DNA of 64,000 nucleotides from an uncultured Thermotogae bacterium (GTDB lineage Bacteria; Bipolaricaulota; Bipolaricaulia; UBA7950; UBA9294): NCBI GenBank assembly GCA_964570515.1, contig CAZMYM010000004.1, positions 15,937 to 79,936 of the forward strand, read 5' to 3'. Shown piece by piece: positions 9,786 to 17,639 of this stretch (position 1 is its first letter; each line of letters starts with the position of its first letter). The notes under the pieces were generated by a model. It saw only the letters and a program-made list of their open reading frames with translations, ran no database searches and was not told where the DNA came from. The position numbers and the translations under genes were made by a program.

Positions 9786-11279
9786 GTGTCATCCAACGGA
9801 GCGAAGAAGTCTGTGGAACCGATGAAGCCGATTGTGCTGATCCACGGATACAGCTCGGAGGGCAAAGGGCGGAAGCCCGAAGAGATCTACGGCACGTTGC
9901 CGAGGGACCTGAGGCGGCTGTTCGGGCGATCGAACGTTGTCGACATCAATCTCAGCCGGTGGATCTCGCTGAGCGACGGAATCGCGCTGGACGACATCAG
10001 CTTCGCGTTGGAACGAGCCCTGCGGAGCAACCAGCACAAGAGGCTGCTCAAGTCGGGCTTCCACGTGATCATCCACAGCACCGGGGCGCTGGTCGTCCGG
10101 AACTGGATGCGGCTCTTCCAGGATGACCACAATCCCTGGCCGATCGCCAATCTTGTCCATCTTGCCGGGGCCAACCTCGGCAGCGGGCTCGCGCACGTTG
10201 GCAAGGGAGAGGTCTTCCGGTGGGGCAGACAGGTCTTCCAAGGCATCGAGAGTGGCGTGCGTGTGCTCGATGAGCTGGAGTTCGGCTCCTCGAAGACCCT
10301 CGACCTGCATCTGCACTTCCTGCAGGACGGCCACGACGTGTTCGAGGACTTCGGGATGCAGGAATTCTGTGCCATCGGGTCCGCAACACTGAAGCTCGCC
10401 TGGATGGTTCCGATTCGGTACGTCAAGGAGGACTCGTCGGACGGCGTGGTGCGGACGAGCGCAGGGAACCTGAACTTCAACTACGTCTCCGTGACGCCCA
10501 CGGCGGAAGCGGAGGGCGTCTCCGTGAAGGACGTGCGGGAGGAGGTCGAGAAGCGGCGTGAGAACAAGCAAGTGCTCAAGATGTGGTATCAGGCCGACTT
10601 CTCGAGACTCGCGGCCGCCCGCCGAGCGATCCCGTTTGCCGTGCTCCTCGACACGACCCACACCGGGAACGAATACGCGATCGTGACCGGCGAGAAGGCA
10701 CGCCCGCAAGTTCTTCCGCGGCTGGAGGACGCGTTGAGACTGGATCACGACGCCGCGGCCTATGCGCGGATCGCGACGGAATGGGACGACGTGACACGCA
10801 AGACGTTGTCCGCGGTAGGACGCCGCAAGGGTCGGTCGGCCCTCTGGGACGTCCATGCTCAGTACGAGGGACACTCCCAGCTGATCATCCGGCTCAGAGA
10901 TCAGTTCGGCGTCGACATCGTGCATCACGACATCCGATTCAAGTCCGGCGGGAAGAAGGGCCAGATTCCGCTCGAGAGCATGATCGAAGACGTGCACGTA
11001 AATCGTCTCAACCGCGGAACGAGGACGTACTACCTGCGCACTGTGGAGTTCGACAAGGACACACGTCGTTGGGTCAACCAACTCGATTCGGTCGCTCCCC
11101 TTCAACTTGAGATCTCGGGCGCGGAACCTCAGTCCGGCGATATCGAGTACTTGCCCCTGAACCTGCAGCTGAAGCACGACGACCTCGTGAAGATGATCCA
11201 GCCCATGCGTACTACGATCATCGACGTCACCCTCCTCCGCCTCCCGACGTCGAACGTCTTCCGGTTGAAGAGGACATAG
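9786..11279 (+). CDS. Alpha/beta-hydrolase (lipase/esterase-like) with about 250-aa C-terminal domain of unknown function
   Basis: PIVLIHGY oxyanion-region motif and VIIHSTGALV nucleophile-elbow-like motif. GTG start 9786 has no clear RBS; alternative ATG at 9822 (MKPIVLIHGY). Confidence 0.6.
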   Translation: MSSNGAKKSVEPMKPIVLIHGYSSEGKGRKPEEIYGTLPRDLRRLFGRSNVVDINLSRWISLSDGIALDDISFALERALRSNQHKRLLKSGFHVIIHSTGALVVRNWMRLFQDDHNPWPIANLVHLAGANLGSGLAHVGKGEVFRWGRQVFQGIESGVRVLDELEFGSSKTLDLHLHFLQDGHDVFEDFGMQEFCAIGSATLKLAWMVPIRYVKEDSSDGVVRTSAGNLNFNYVSVTPTAEAEGVSVKDVREEVEKRRENKQVLKMWYQADFSRLAAARRAIPFAVLLDTTHTGNEYAIVTGEKARPQVLPRLEDALRLDHDAAAYARIATEWDDVTRKTLSAVGRRKGRSALWDVHAQYEGHSQLIIRLRDQFGVDIVHHDIRFKSGGKKGQIPLESMIEDVHVNRLNRGTRTYYLRTVEFDKDTRRWVNQLDSVAPLQLEISGAEPQSGDIEYLPLNLQLKHDDLVKMIQPMRTTIIDVTLLRLPTSNVFRLKRT

Positions 11280-11338
11280 GCAGGCGACGTTGAGGCACTA
11301 CGCCCAACGTCCGATCAGTGGCCCAGGAGAAGGATGAT

Positions 11339-11425
11339 GGGGTCCGATCTTGCTTCGCGCGGCACGGGACAAGGTCGGGCCCCGCCGCTCTCTCTTCAGG
11401 AATTCGAAAATAAAGACCTGACCCC
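11339..11425. repeat. Inverted pair of the dispersed GGGTC..TCTT..TT motif (ggggtccgatcttgcttcgcg ... cgaaaataaagacctgacccc)
   Basis: Read directly. Sits in the 157-bp spacer between the hydrolase stop and the ghost 3' end. Confidence 0.45.
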
Positions 11426-11436
11426 TAGAGCGTGTG

Positions 11437-11560
11437 CTTGAACCTGCAACTGAAGAGCGCCGACATCCTGAAAGTGATCCAACCCCACCGGACCACCCTC
11501 GTCGACGTCACCCTCCTCCGGCTGCCGTCGGAGAAGGTGTTCCGGGTTAGCAGAGCGTAG
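11437..11560 (+). pseudogene. Ghost 3' end of a paralogous alpha/beta-hydrolase gene
   Basis: Translates to LNLQLKSADILKVIQPHRTTLVDVTLLRLPSEKVFRVSRA-stop. The intact gene end (11157-11279) reads LNLQLKHDDLVKMIQPMRTTIIDVTLLRLPTSNVFRLKRT-stop. Confidence 0.65.
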
Positions 11561-11721
11561 AGCTGGTCCTGCATCATGAGCTGAGGATGGGACTCAGTGC
11601 GGGCGGTGTGCCCCGCACTGGATCTGCAAACGAATGACACCATGTGACGTGAGACGGATGGCATGCAGGTTGCCATGTAGAGGAGCTGTGAGTAGAGTGG
11701 CGACCAGGAGGACGCAAGATA

Positions 11722-12888
11722 ATGAACGATGAAACACGTGAACAGACAGAGCCCTGCAACGCAACTGGTTTCTGGTCTTATGTGCACGCCGATGATGACG
11801 CGGAGGGTGGGCGTATCACGGATCTAGCTCGCGACTTGGTTTCACAGTATGAACTGCTCACCGGACAGCGCATCGCGCTCTTCTTGGATCGCGATGCCCT
11901 CAAGTGGGGTGAAGTCTGGCGGGATCGGGTCGATGAGAGCATCGAGGCTGCCGCGTTCTTCGTTGCGGTTCTCACTCCGAGGTTCTTCATGAGCGCTGAG
12001 TGTCGCAGGGAATTTCAGGTCTTCTCACGGCACGCGACGCAACTGGGAGTCAAGGATCTCGTCCTGCCACTCTACTATGCAGAGGTACCAGGTCTTTGCT
12101 CAGGCGAAGCGGATGACGATCTCTTTGCAGTGATTCGTGCTTTCCAGTGCGAGGATTGGAGGGAGCTTCGTTTCGCTGACGTCGGATCTGGGGACTACAG
12201 GAGAGGAGTGGCGTGCCTAGCGGCTCGCATTGCAGAAGCCAACACCGTGGCCGAAGGGGAGCGGTTGGCAGGGCGGCATGCCGATCAGGATGCGCAGGGA
12301 GAGGTGGAGTCAGATGGAGCCCCAGGCTTCCTTGATCGCCTAGCTTCGTCTGAGGAGGCTTGGCCGAAATGGATAGAAAACATGAAGGGAATCACTGAAG
12401 AGATTCAGCGAATCGCGGAAATCATGAGCTGTGGCACACGGGACATTGAGCGGGGAAACGCAATGGGAAGCGGTTTCGCTGCTAGACTCCGCGTTGCGCG
12501 GCGTATGGCAGGAGAGCTGGCTGATCCAGCGGAGCGGATGTTGGTCTATGGGAATGAGTTCGCGTCCCTCGTTCACGAAGTTGACGATGGGATCAGGTTG
12601 ATCATCACGCAGGGCGCGGACGAAGCGCGAGAAGACGCGGGTTCGAGAAGTGCCTTGTGTAGGTTTTTCGCTACGCTCAGTACCCTCTCGTCCGCCTCGC
12701 ATGAGGCGATCGAAGGGGCTCAGCGAATGGTAGACAGTCTAGCCCCAATCGAGAAGAGCGCTAGGGATCTTCGGCCACCGATAAGACGGCTGCGTCAGGG
12801 ATTGACGAGCATGATTGAGGCGGGTCGGGTGACTGACGAGTGGATCCAGCTGATCGACAGTGTGGAGGTCGAATGTAAAGGGACCTAA
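11722..12888 (+). CDS. TIR-domain protein with about 200-aa helical C-terminal domain of unknown function
   Basis: AGGAGGA RBS. FWSYVHADD ... AAFFVAVLTPRFFMSAECRREF matches the bacterial TIR_2 pattern (F/Y-SY-hxxD ... S-x-x-C-x-x-E with the conserved Glu). Confidence 0.65.
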   Translation: MNDETREQTEPCNATGFWSYVHADDDAEGGRITDLARDLVSQYELLTGQRIALFLDRDALKWGEVWRDRVDESIEAAAFFVAVLTPRFFMSAECRREFQVFSRHATQLGVKDLVLPLYYAEVPGLCSGEADDDLFAVIRAFQCEDWRELRFADVGSGDYRRGVACLAARIAEANTVAEGERLAGRHADQDAQGEVESDGAPGFLDRLASSEEAWPKWIENMKGITEEIQRIAEIMSCGTRDIERGNAMGSGFAARLRVARRMAGELADPAERMLVYGNEFASLVHEVDDGIRLIITQGADEAREDAGSRSALCRFFATLSTLSSASHEAIEGAQRMVDSLAPIEKSARDLRPPIRRLRQGLTSMIEAGRVTDEWIQLIDSVEVECKGT

Positions 12889-13023
12889 TCGTGATCTCAG
12901 TCTTCTTTCAATGCGACACCGGATGAAGGGGGAGAGCTAGAGCGACGGACCGCGCAAAACGCTCAGCTCCCATTGGAGAAAGCGCGATCGATTGTCTGAA
13001 ACCTGACAATACGCCCGAGGGGC

Positions 13024-13085
13024 GGGTCTTCATTCTTGGTCTTCGAGGCTCTCGTCTGCGCGAGGGTCGGGTCTTCATTCTAGGT
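13024..13085 (+). repeat. Two tandem copies of the dispersed repeat (gggtcttcattcttggt / gggtcttcattctaggt, 45-bp period)
   Basis: Read directly, immediately 3' of the tail-fibre-like gene. Confidence 0.5.
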
Positions 13086-13158
13086 GTTCGAGTCTCGCGC
13101 AGGATTCTCGCCTCAGATCCTGTTCCGCACGGGCATGAGATGGAATCTCGCGTATCTC

Positions 13159-14226
13159 CTATTTCAGTGCTTCTACCTCCTGCTCCAGTTGATCGAGACG
13201 TGCGAGCAGGTTCGCCAGCTCTTGATTGAGGTCGCTGATCTGCTCGTCCTTCTCCAACAACATCTCGTACAGCGCCTGAGCCGAGATCATCAGAACCCCG
13301 TCCAGATCGGAGCCGGTGATCGTCGTCTCCGTGCCGATGGTGCCCAGCTCGTCGCGGCCGAAGGCGGCGAAGACGTCCTGCGCGCTGGGGCCGTAGTGCC
13401 GAAACTGCGCGGGGTCTTGTCCGATGAAGTTCCAGCTATACACCGGGATGTCGAGGAGCTTCTCCAACACCTCTGCCCCATCCACGGCGAGGAAGTTCTC
13501 CTTCTTCGTTCGGTCGGAGCTTGCAGTCCAGCCCACCTGCCCTTCGATGACCGTGACGTTGCCATTGCCAATGCGGACCTTGTTGGAGGCGTTGACGAAG
13601 GCCTCGTAGCCGATGGCGATGGCGTTGGTCAAGTTGTTCGCAGAGACATCCGCGGCACGTCCGAGAAGCGTGTTGTTGCTGCCCGTGGTGTTGGAGAGGA
13701 GCGCATCGTCTCCCAGCGCCGTGTTGCGACTACCCGTGGTGTTGTAGTAGAGCGCCCTTTGTCCCAACGCTGTGTTGGAGCCACCCGTGGTGTTGTTCAG
13801 GAGCGCACCCTGTCCCACCGCCGTGTTGTATGCACCCGTGGTGTTTTTCTGGAGCGCCGTTTCCCCCACCGCCGTGTTGGCGCCACCTGTGGTGTTGGAG
13901 TAGAGCGCATCCTCTCCCACCGCCGTGTTCCAATTACCTGTGATGTTCGTGAAGAGCGCATCCTCTCCCACTGCCGTGTTGACGTTACCCGTGGTGTTGG
14001 AGCGAAGCGCATCCTCTCCCACCGCCGTGTTGGCGTTACCCGTGGTGTTGGAGAGGAGCGCATCCTCTCCCACCGCCGTGTTGTCATCACCCGTGGTGTT
14101 GGAGCTGAGCGCGTTTGCACCGAGATTCACGTTGGCAGTGCCTCCACCCACTGATATCAACACCACGACGCCAACCATGATCGCCAAAGCGTACGCGGCT
14201 CTTCTGTTGCGTGGCCTCTCTGTCAT
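13159..14226 (-). CDS. Membrane-anchored tail-fibre-like protein: 17-aa repeat head + peptidase S74 intramolecular-chaperone domain + C-terminal coiled coil
   Basis: About 8 copies of NTAVGEDALxSNTTGxx. Then DRTKKENFLAVDGAEVLEKLLDIPVYSWNF...HYGPSAQDVFAAFG, typical of the S74 chaperone-of-endosialidase domain. GGAAGGAGG RBS. Confidence 0.7.
   Translation of the reverse strand: MTERPRNRRAAYALAIMVGVVVLISVGGGTANVNLGANALSSNTTGDDNTAVGEDALLSNTTGNANTAVGEDALRSNTTGNVNTAVGEDALFTNITGNWNTAVGEDALYSNTTGGANTAVGETALQKNTTGAYNTAVGQGALLNNTTGGSNTALGQRALYYNTTGSRNTALGDDALLSNTTGSNNTLLGRAADVSANNLTNAIAIGYEAFVNASNKVRIGNGNVTVIEGQVGWTASSDRTKKENFLAVDGAEVLEKLLDIPVYSWNFIGQDPAQFRHYGPSAQDVFAAFGRDELGTIGTETTITGSDLDGVLMISAQALYEMLLEKDEQISDLNQELANLLARLDQLEQEVEALK
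13650..14110 (-). repeat. In-frame 51-bp (17-codon) tandem repeats inside the tail-fibre-like CDS
   Basis: Periodicity is visible in both the DNA and the translated protein; coordinates are approximate. Confidence 0.7.
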
Positions 14227-14304
14227 GATCTATACCTCCTTCCCAGGTTGTGCCCGGACTATACCGTATGAGTACTAACAGACAAACAATCCAGCGGTCT
14301 TTGG

Positions 14305-14420
14305 AGGTCAGATCTTCACTCACGTTGTCCTTCGAACCTCAAGCGCACGCGCGCGAGTCGGGTCTTCACTTTTGGTTTGCTGAGGAGGGGAGTAGGGCGC
14401 CAGGTCTGTATTCTTGGTGT
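14305..14420 (+). repeat. Three degenerate tandem copies of the dispersed repeat (aggtcagatcttcactc / gggtcttcacttttggt / caggtctgtattcttggtgt)
   Basis: Read directly, in the 5' leader region of the tail-fibre-like gene. Confidence 0.45.
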
Positions 14421-14570
14421 TCGCCGTGCGCTCCGATTACTTACGGCGAAATCGCGGATTGTGCTGTCAACGTGTGTTCTGCCAAGAGCGATGGAGTGAA
14501 GGGACACGTACTTCCTTGCTGAAGTGGCCTTAACTCGGAGGTCCTCGCAACGATCCAAAGAGAAAGGCGT

Positions 14571-14720
14571 TCTCGCGCAGAGGCGCGGAGAAGGGCAAGA
14601 ACTGGAGAAACGACAACAACGGGTTGGGTAGTACCCCTATGCAGTTCACCATTCCCGTTTGGACTGTAGTGAAGTCGTCCCCCTCTGCGCCTCTGCGACT
14701 CTGCGCGAGAGAGACTGGGA
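14571..14720. other. Long imperfect inverted repeat / candidate structured RNA
   Basis: Left arm ctcgcgcagaggcgcggagaaggg pairs with right arm ccctctgcgcctctgcg...ctgcgcgag. Inner stem aacggg...cccgtt. No credible ORF. Confidence 0.3.
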
Positions 14721-14806
14721 ATAGGCTTTGCGGCGTCACTCATTTCGGGCGGAATGCGCTTCCGCCGAAGAGCGAGCGCCAACTGGAATCTCGCTTTGCG
14801 CGCGGG

Positions 14807-14959
14807 CTACCGCGCTGGCTCCCTGCCGGTCCTCTTCCGCTGCGTCTCGTGCAATGTGGCTAGCGCCTTCTCGATCTCCTCGTCGGTCGGCTTGCGGCGC
14901 AACTTGCTCTCAAGCTGCTTAGCGACTCGTTCGCGCTCCCGTTTCTCCTCGCGTCCCAT
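14807..14959 (-). CDS. Possible 50-aa highly charged small protein
   Basis: MGREEKRERERVAKQLESKLRRKPTDEEIEKALATLHETQRKRTGREPAR. Weak RBS, below the ORF-track size cut-off. Confidence 0.25.
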   Translation of the reverse strand: MGREEKRERERVAKQLESKLRRKPTDEEIEKALATLHETQRKRTGREPAR

Positions 14960-15061
14960 CGTCGTCCCTTCTGGATCTGTCGGATTGCGAGTCCATTATG
15001 CGCGCTGAAGAGCGCCAAGAGCCAACCAGCCGTACAATCGCTGCCGAGAAGGAGAGAGAGC

Positions 15062-15877
15062 ATGCCCGAACTGCCGGAGATCACGTGCCGAGCGCGAGAG
15101 ATGAAGACGGAGCTCGTCGGCCGAACGATCTCCGGGATCGAAGTGCTGCAGCCGAAGTGCCTTAACGTGACGGTTGACGAGTTCGAGAAGGCCTTGGTCG
15201 GCGCGGAGATCCGCGATGTGACCCATCACGGCAAGTGGCTGATCACCGAGACGACGAACGGCTACTTTCTCCTGAATCTGGGCATGGGCGGCGAGGTGCT
15301 CCTCGTTCCGCACGACGAGCTGCCGGAGAAGTGGCGTGTGCGTCTCGACTTCGCCGATGGGCAATCGCTGGCGATGAGCTTCTGGTGGTTTGGCTACACG
15401 CATTACACGCCGCCAGGCGCCCTGGAGAGCCACTCGCTCTCTGCGGTTCTCGGGCCGAACGCGCTCGACGTCTCCCTGAAAGACTTCCGCGCGCTGCTCG
15501 CGGGGAAGCGAGGCCGGATCAAGTCGCTGCTTCTCGATCAGAAGAAGCTCGCCGGGATCGGGAACGCCTACGTCCACGACATCCTCTTCCGCGCGCGGCT
15601 CCATCCCCTTCGTACGATCCCGACGATGTCGGACGATGACGTGAAGAACCTCCACCGGGCGATCCAGACGGAGTTCCATCGAAGCATTAGGAAGGGCGCG
15701 GCGGCGTACGAGGTTGACCTCTACGGCAAGCCCGGCGGATTCTCCGGCAAAGACCTGCTTGTGGGGTACAGGGAAGGCAAGCCATGTCCCGAGTGCGGCA
15801 CGACGATCGAGAAGATCAAGACCGGATCGACGTCGAGCTTCATCTGCCCGAGCTGTCAGCCGCTGGTGACGAGCTAG
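15062..15877 (+). CDS. Fpg/Nei-family DNA glycosylase/AP lyase
   Basis: N-terminal MPELPE catalytic motif, H2TH region, and C-terminal zinc finger CPECGTTIEKIKTGSTSSFICPSCQ. Confidence 0.85.
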   Translation: MPELPEITCRAREMKTELVGRTISGIEVLQPKCLNVTVDEFEKALVGAEIRDVTHHGKWLITETTNGYFLLNLGMGGEVLLVPHDELPEKWRVRLDFADGQSLAMSFWWFGYTHYTPPGALESHSLSAVLGPNALDVSLKDFRALLAGKRGRIKSLLLDQKKLAGIGNAYVHDILFRARLHPLRTIPTMSDDDVKNLHRAIQTEFHRSIRKGAAAYEVDLYGKPGGFSGKDLLVGYREGKPCPECGTTIEKIKTGSTSSFICPSCQPLVTS

Positions 15878-16572
15878 CGGATCGGGGTTGCCGCCAGGAA
15901 TCGGGCGGCGATGTCGCCCATGACCCGGTCCTCCTGCGTGGGACGGCGCATCGCCGACAGGGCCCGGCGGCGATCTCGTCCTGACAACAGCAGATAGAAA
16001 GTCAGGAAGACCCTCACCTTGGCGAGCGGAAGTTCCGGATGCGCCTGGATCCCCCAGATCGGCTGATCTCCGTAACGAAGGACGTGTGTCGGGCAGTCGG
16101 CCGATCGCGCGAGAACGCGCCACGGCGGCGGCGGGCCGGCGACCTCGTCGAAGTGGTATGAGAAGAGGTGCCATGGATCGGGCGTATCCTGGAACAGATC
16201 GTCAGGCTCCAGTCTCTCCAGCGCGATCCAGCCGATCTCCGGCTTCGACGACCGAGTCAAGTGTTCCGGACCGGAGAGCGCGTACACGAGCATCTGATGG
16301 CCGAAGCAGGATCCGAGGATGGGCAGGCCACGATCCGCCGCCTCGCGGATCACGTCCGCTTCTCGCGCAAACCACGGTTTCGGCTGGAGGATCGATGCCT
16401 CGGAACCGGTCAACAGCAGGTGGGTGTAGCCGTCGAGTGGAGGGATCGGCCGGCCGGCAGGGACATTGACTACATCGACAGGAACGTCACGAAGGTAGGG
16501 CTTCCAGTGCCAAGGGGGACGGAAGACGAGGCGGTGGACCGCGTTGTCGAGCAACAGGAGGCGCGTGCGCAT
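15874..16572 (-). CDS. Class I glutamine amidotransferase-like protein (paralog 2)
   Basis: MRTRLLLLDNAVHRLVFRPPWHWK...GSCFGHQMLVYALSG...GIQAHPE. Roughly 60% identical by eye to 8219..8911. Confidence 0.7.
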   Translation of the reverse strand: MRTRLLLLDNAVHRLVFRPPWHWKPYLRDVPVDVVNVPAGRPIPPLDGYTHLLLTGSEASILQPKPWFAREADVIREAADRGLPILGSCFGHQMLVYALSGPEHLTRSSKPEIGWIALERLEPDDLFQDTPDPWHLFSYHFDEVAGPPPPWRVLARSADCPTHVLRYGDQPIWGIQAHPELPLAKVRVFLTFYLLLSGRDRRRALSAMRRPTQEDRVMGDIAARFLAATPIR

Positions 16573-16715
16573 GCGTGAGAGTCTATCCGATCCCGGGAGC
16601 TGCTCGCGTGTTGCTGTTGGCGTGCTTTGGCGGGGTTTCGCACGAAACGTGACGCACGTCACACTCGCGCGGCGCGGCAGCGCGTCGTAGACTCACACGC
16701 AGACGGGGGGTAGAG

Positions 16716-17636
16716 ATGGCTCAGGGCGACAAGCGGTTGGCGCTCATCATCATGGCTGCGGGCATGGGACGGCGATACGGCGGCCTGAAGCAGGTCGAGC
16801 CGATCGGTCCGAGCGGCGAGCTGATCATCGACTACTCGGCGTTCGATGCCTTGCGCGCGGGCTTCAAGAGGATCGTCCTCGTCGTGCGCGAGGAGATCGA
16901 GCCAGCGTTCCGCGAGCGCTTCGATCCGATTCTGTCCGAACGCTGCGATATCGCGTACGTCATGCAGCGACTGGAGGATGTGCCCGACGGTTTCGCGGTT
17001 CCTGCGGATCGAGCCAAGCCGTGGGGCACGGCGCAGGCGGTTCTCGCGTGCAGGGATGTGGTCGACGGGCCGTTCGCCGTGATCAACGCCGACGACTTCT
17101 ACGGCCGGAGCGCGTTTGAGCTGCTCGCGGAGTTTCTGAATGGTCTTGCCAGCGGCCCTGACTCGGAATCTGCGGTCGTCGGGTATCGACTCGAGCGTAC
17201 GCTGACGGAGCATGGCACGGTGTCTCGCGGGATCTGCCGACTCGACGAGGGCGGCTACCTTCGATCGATCGTGGAACGGAAACGGGTCGCGCGGCGCGAC
17301 GACGGGATCGCCTACACCGAGGATGGCGAGCACTGGCACTCGATTGAGAACGATGCCCTGGCGTCGATGAACGCCTGGGGGTTCGCGCCCGATCTGTTCG
17401 AGGCGTTCGGCCGGCGATTTACGCGTTTCCTCGCGGGCGCGCCGGACAAGGAAGCAGAATTCTTCATCCCGAGCGAGATTGGCGACATGGTCGCCGAGGG
17501 CAGCGCGCGGGTCCGGGTCCTTCGATCGCAGGAGACGTGGCACGGCGTGACGTACCGAGAGGACGTGCCGAGAACGCGCGAAGGGATCGCGCGACTTGTC
17601 GATGAGGGCGTCTATCCGGCGCCGCTGTGGGGGTAG
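16716..17636 (+). CDS. Sugar-phosphate nucleotidyltransferase family protein
   Basis: LALIIMAAGMGRRYGGLKQ (GxGxR motif) and VINADDFYG. Confidence 0.7.
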   Translation: MAQGDKRLALIIMAAGMGRRYGGLKQVEPIGPSGELIIDYSAFDALRAGFKRIVLVVREEIEPAFRERFDPILSERCDIAYVMQRLEDVPDGFAVPADRAKPWGTAQAVLACRDVVDGPFAVINADDFYGRSAFELLAEFLNGLASGPDSESAVVGYRLERTLTEHGTVSRGICRLDEGGYLRSIVERKRVARRDDGIAYTEDGEHWHSIENDALASMNAWGFAPDLFEAFGRRFTRFLAGAPDKEAEFFIPSEIGDMVAEGSARVRVLRSQETWHGVTYREDVPRTREGIARLVDEGVYPAPLWG

Positions 17637-17639
17637 AGA

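Noticed and set aside
9789-11177. 462-aa minus-strand ORF covering the hydrolase gene
   Set aside because: Antisense shadow ORF: Arg/Pro/Val-rich, no motifs. The plus-strand product has clear alpha/beta-hydrolase motifs.
13083-13100. ggtgttcgagtctcgcgc resembles a tRNA T-arm (GGTTCGAGTC), considered as a tRNA or tRNA-derived att site
   Set aside because: No acceptor stem, D-arm or anticodon arm can be drawn around it. It is part of the dispersed repeat unit.
13650-14110. Regular 51-bp periodicity, considered as a possible CRISPR-like array
   Set aside because: Repeats are contiguous with no spacers, in frame, and translate into a coherent 17-aa protein repeat. There are no cas genes.
13084-14154. 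356-aa plus-strand ORF with striking RRV..TRGV repeats
   Set aside because: It is the mirror image of the 51-bp coding repeats of the tail-fibre-like gene on the minus strand, which has an RBS, a TM anchor and an S74 domain.
13159-14226. Prophage call based on the tail-fibre/S74 gene
   Set aside because: There are no other phage structural, replication, lysis or integration genes within 10 kb on either side.
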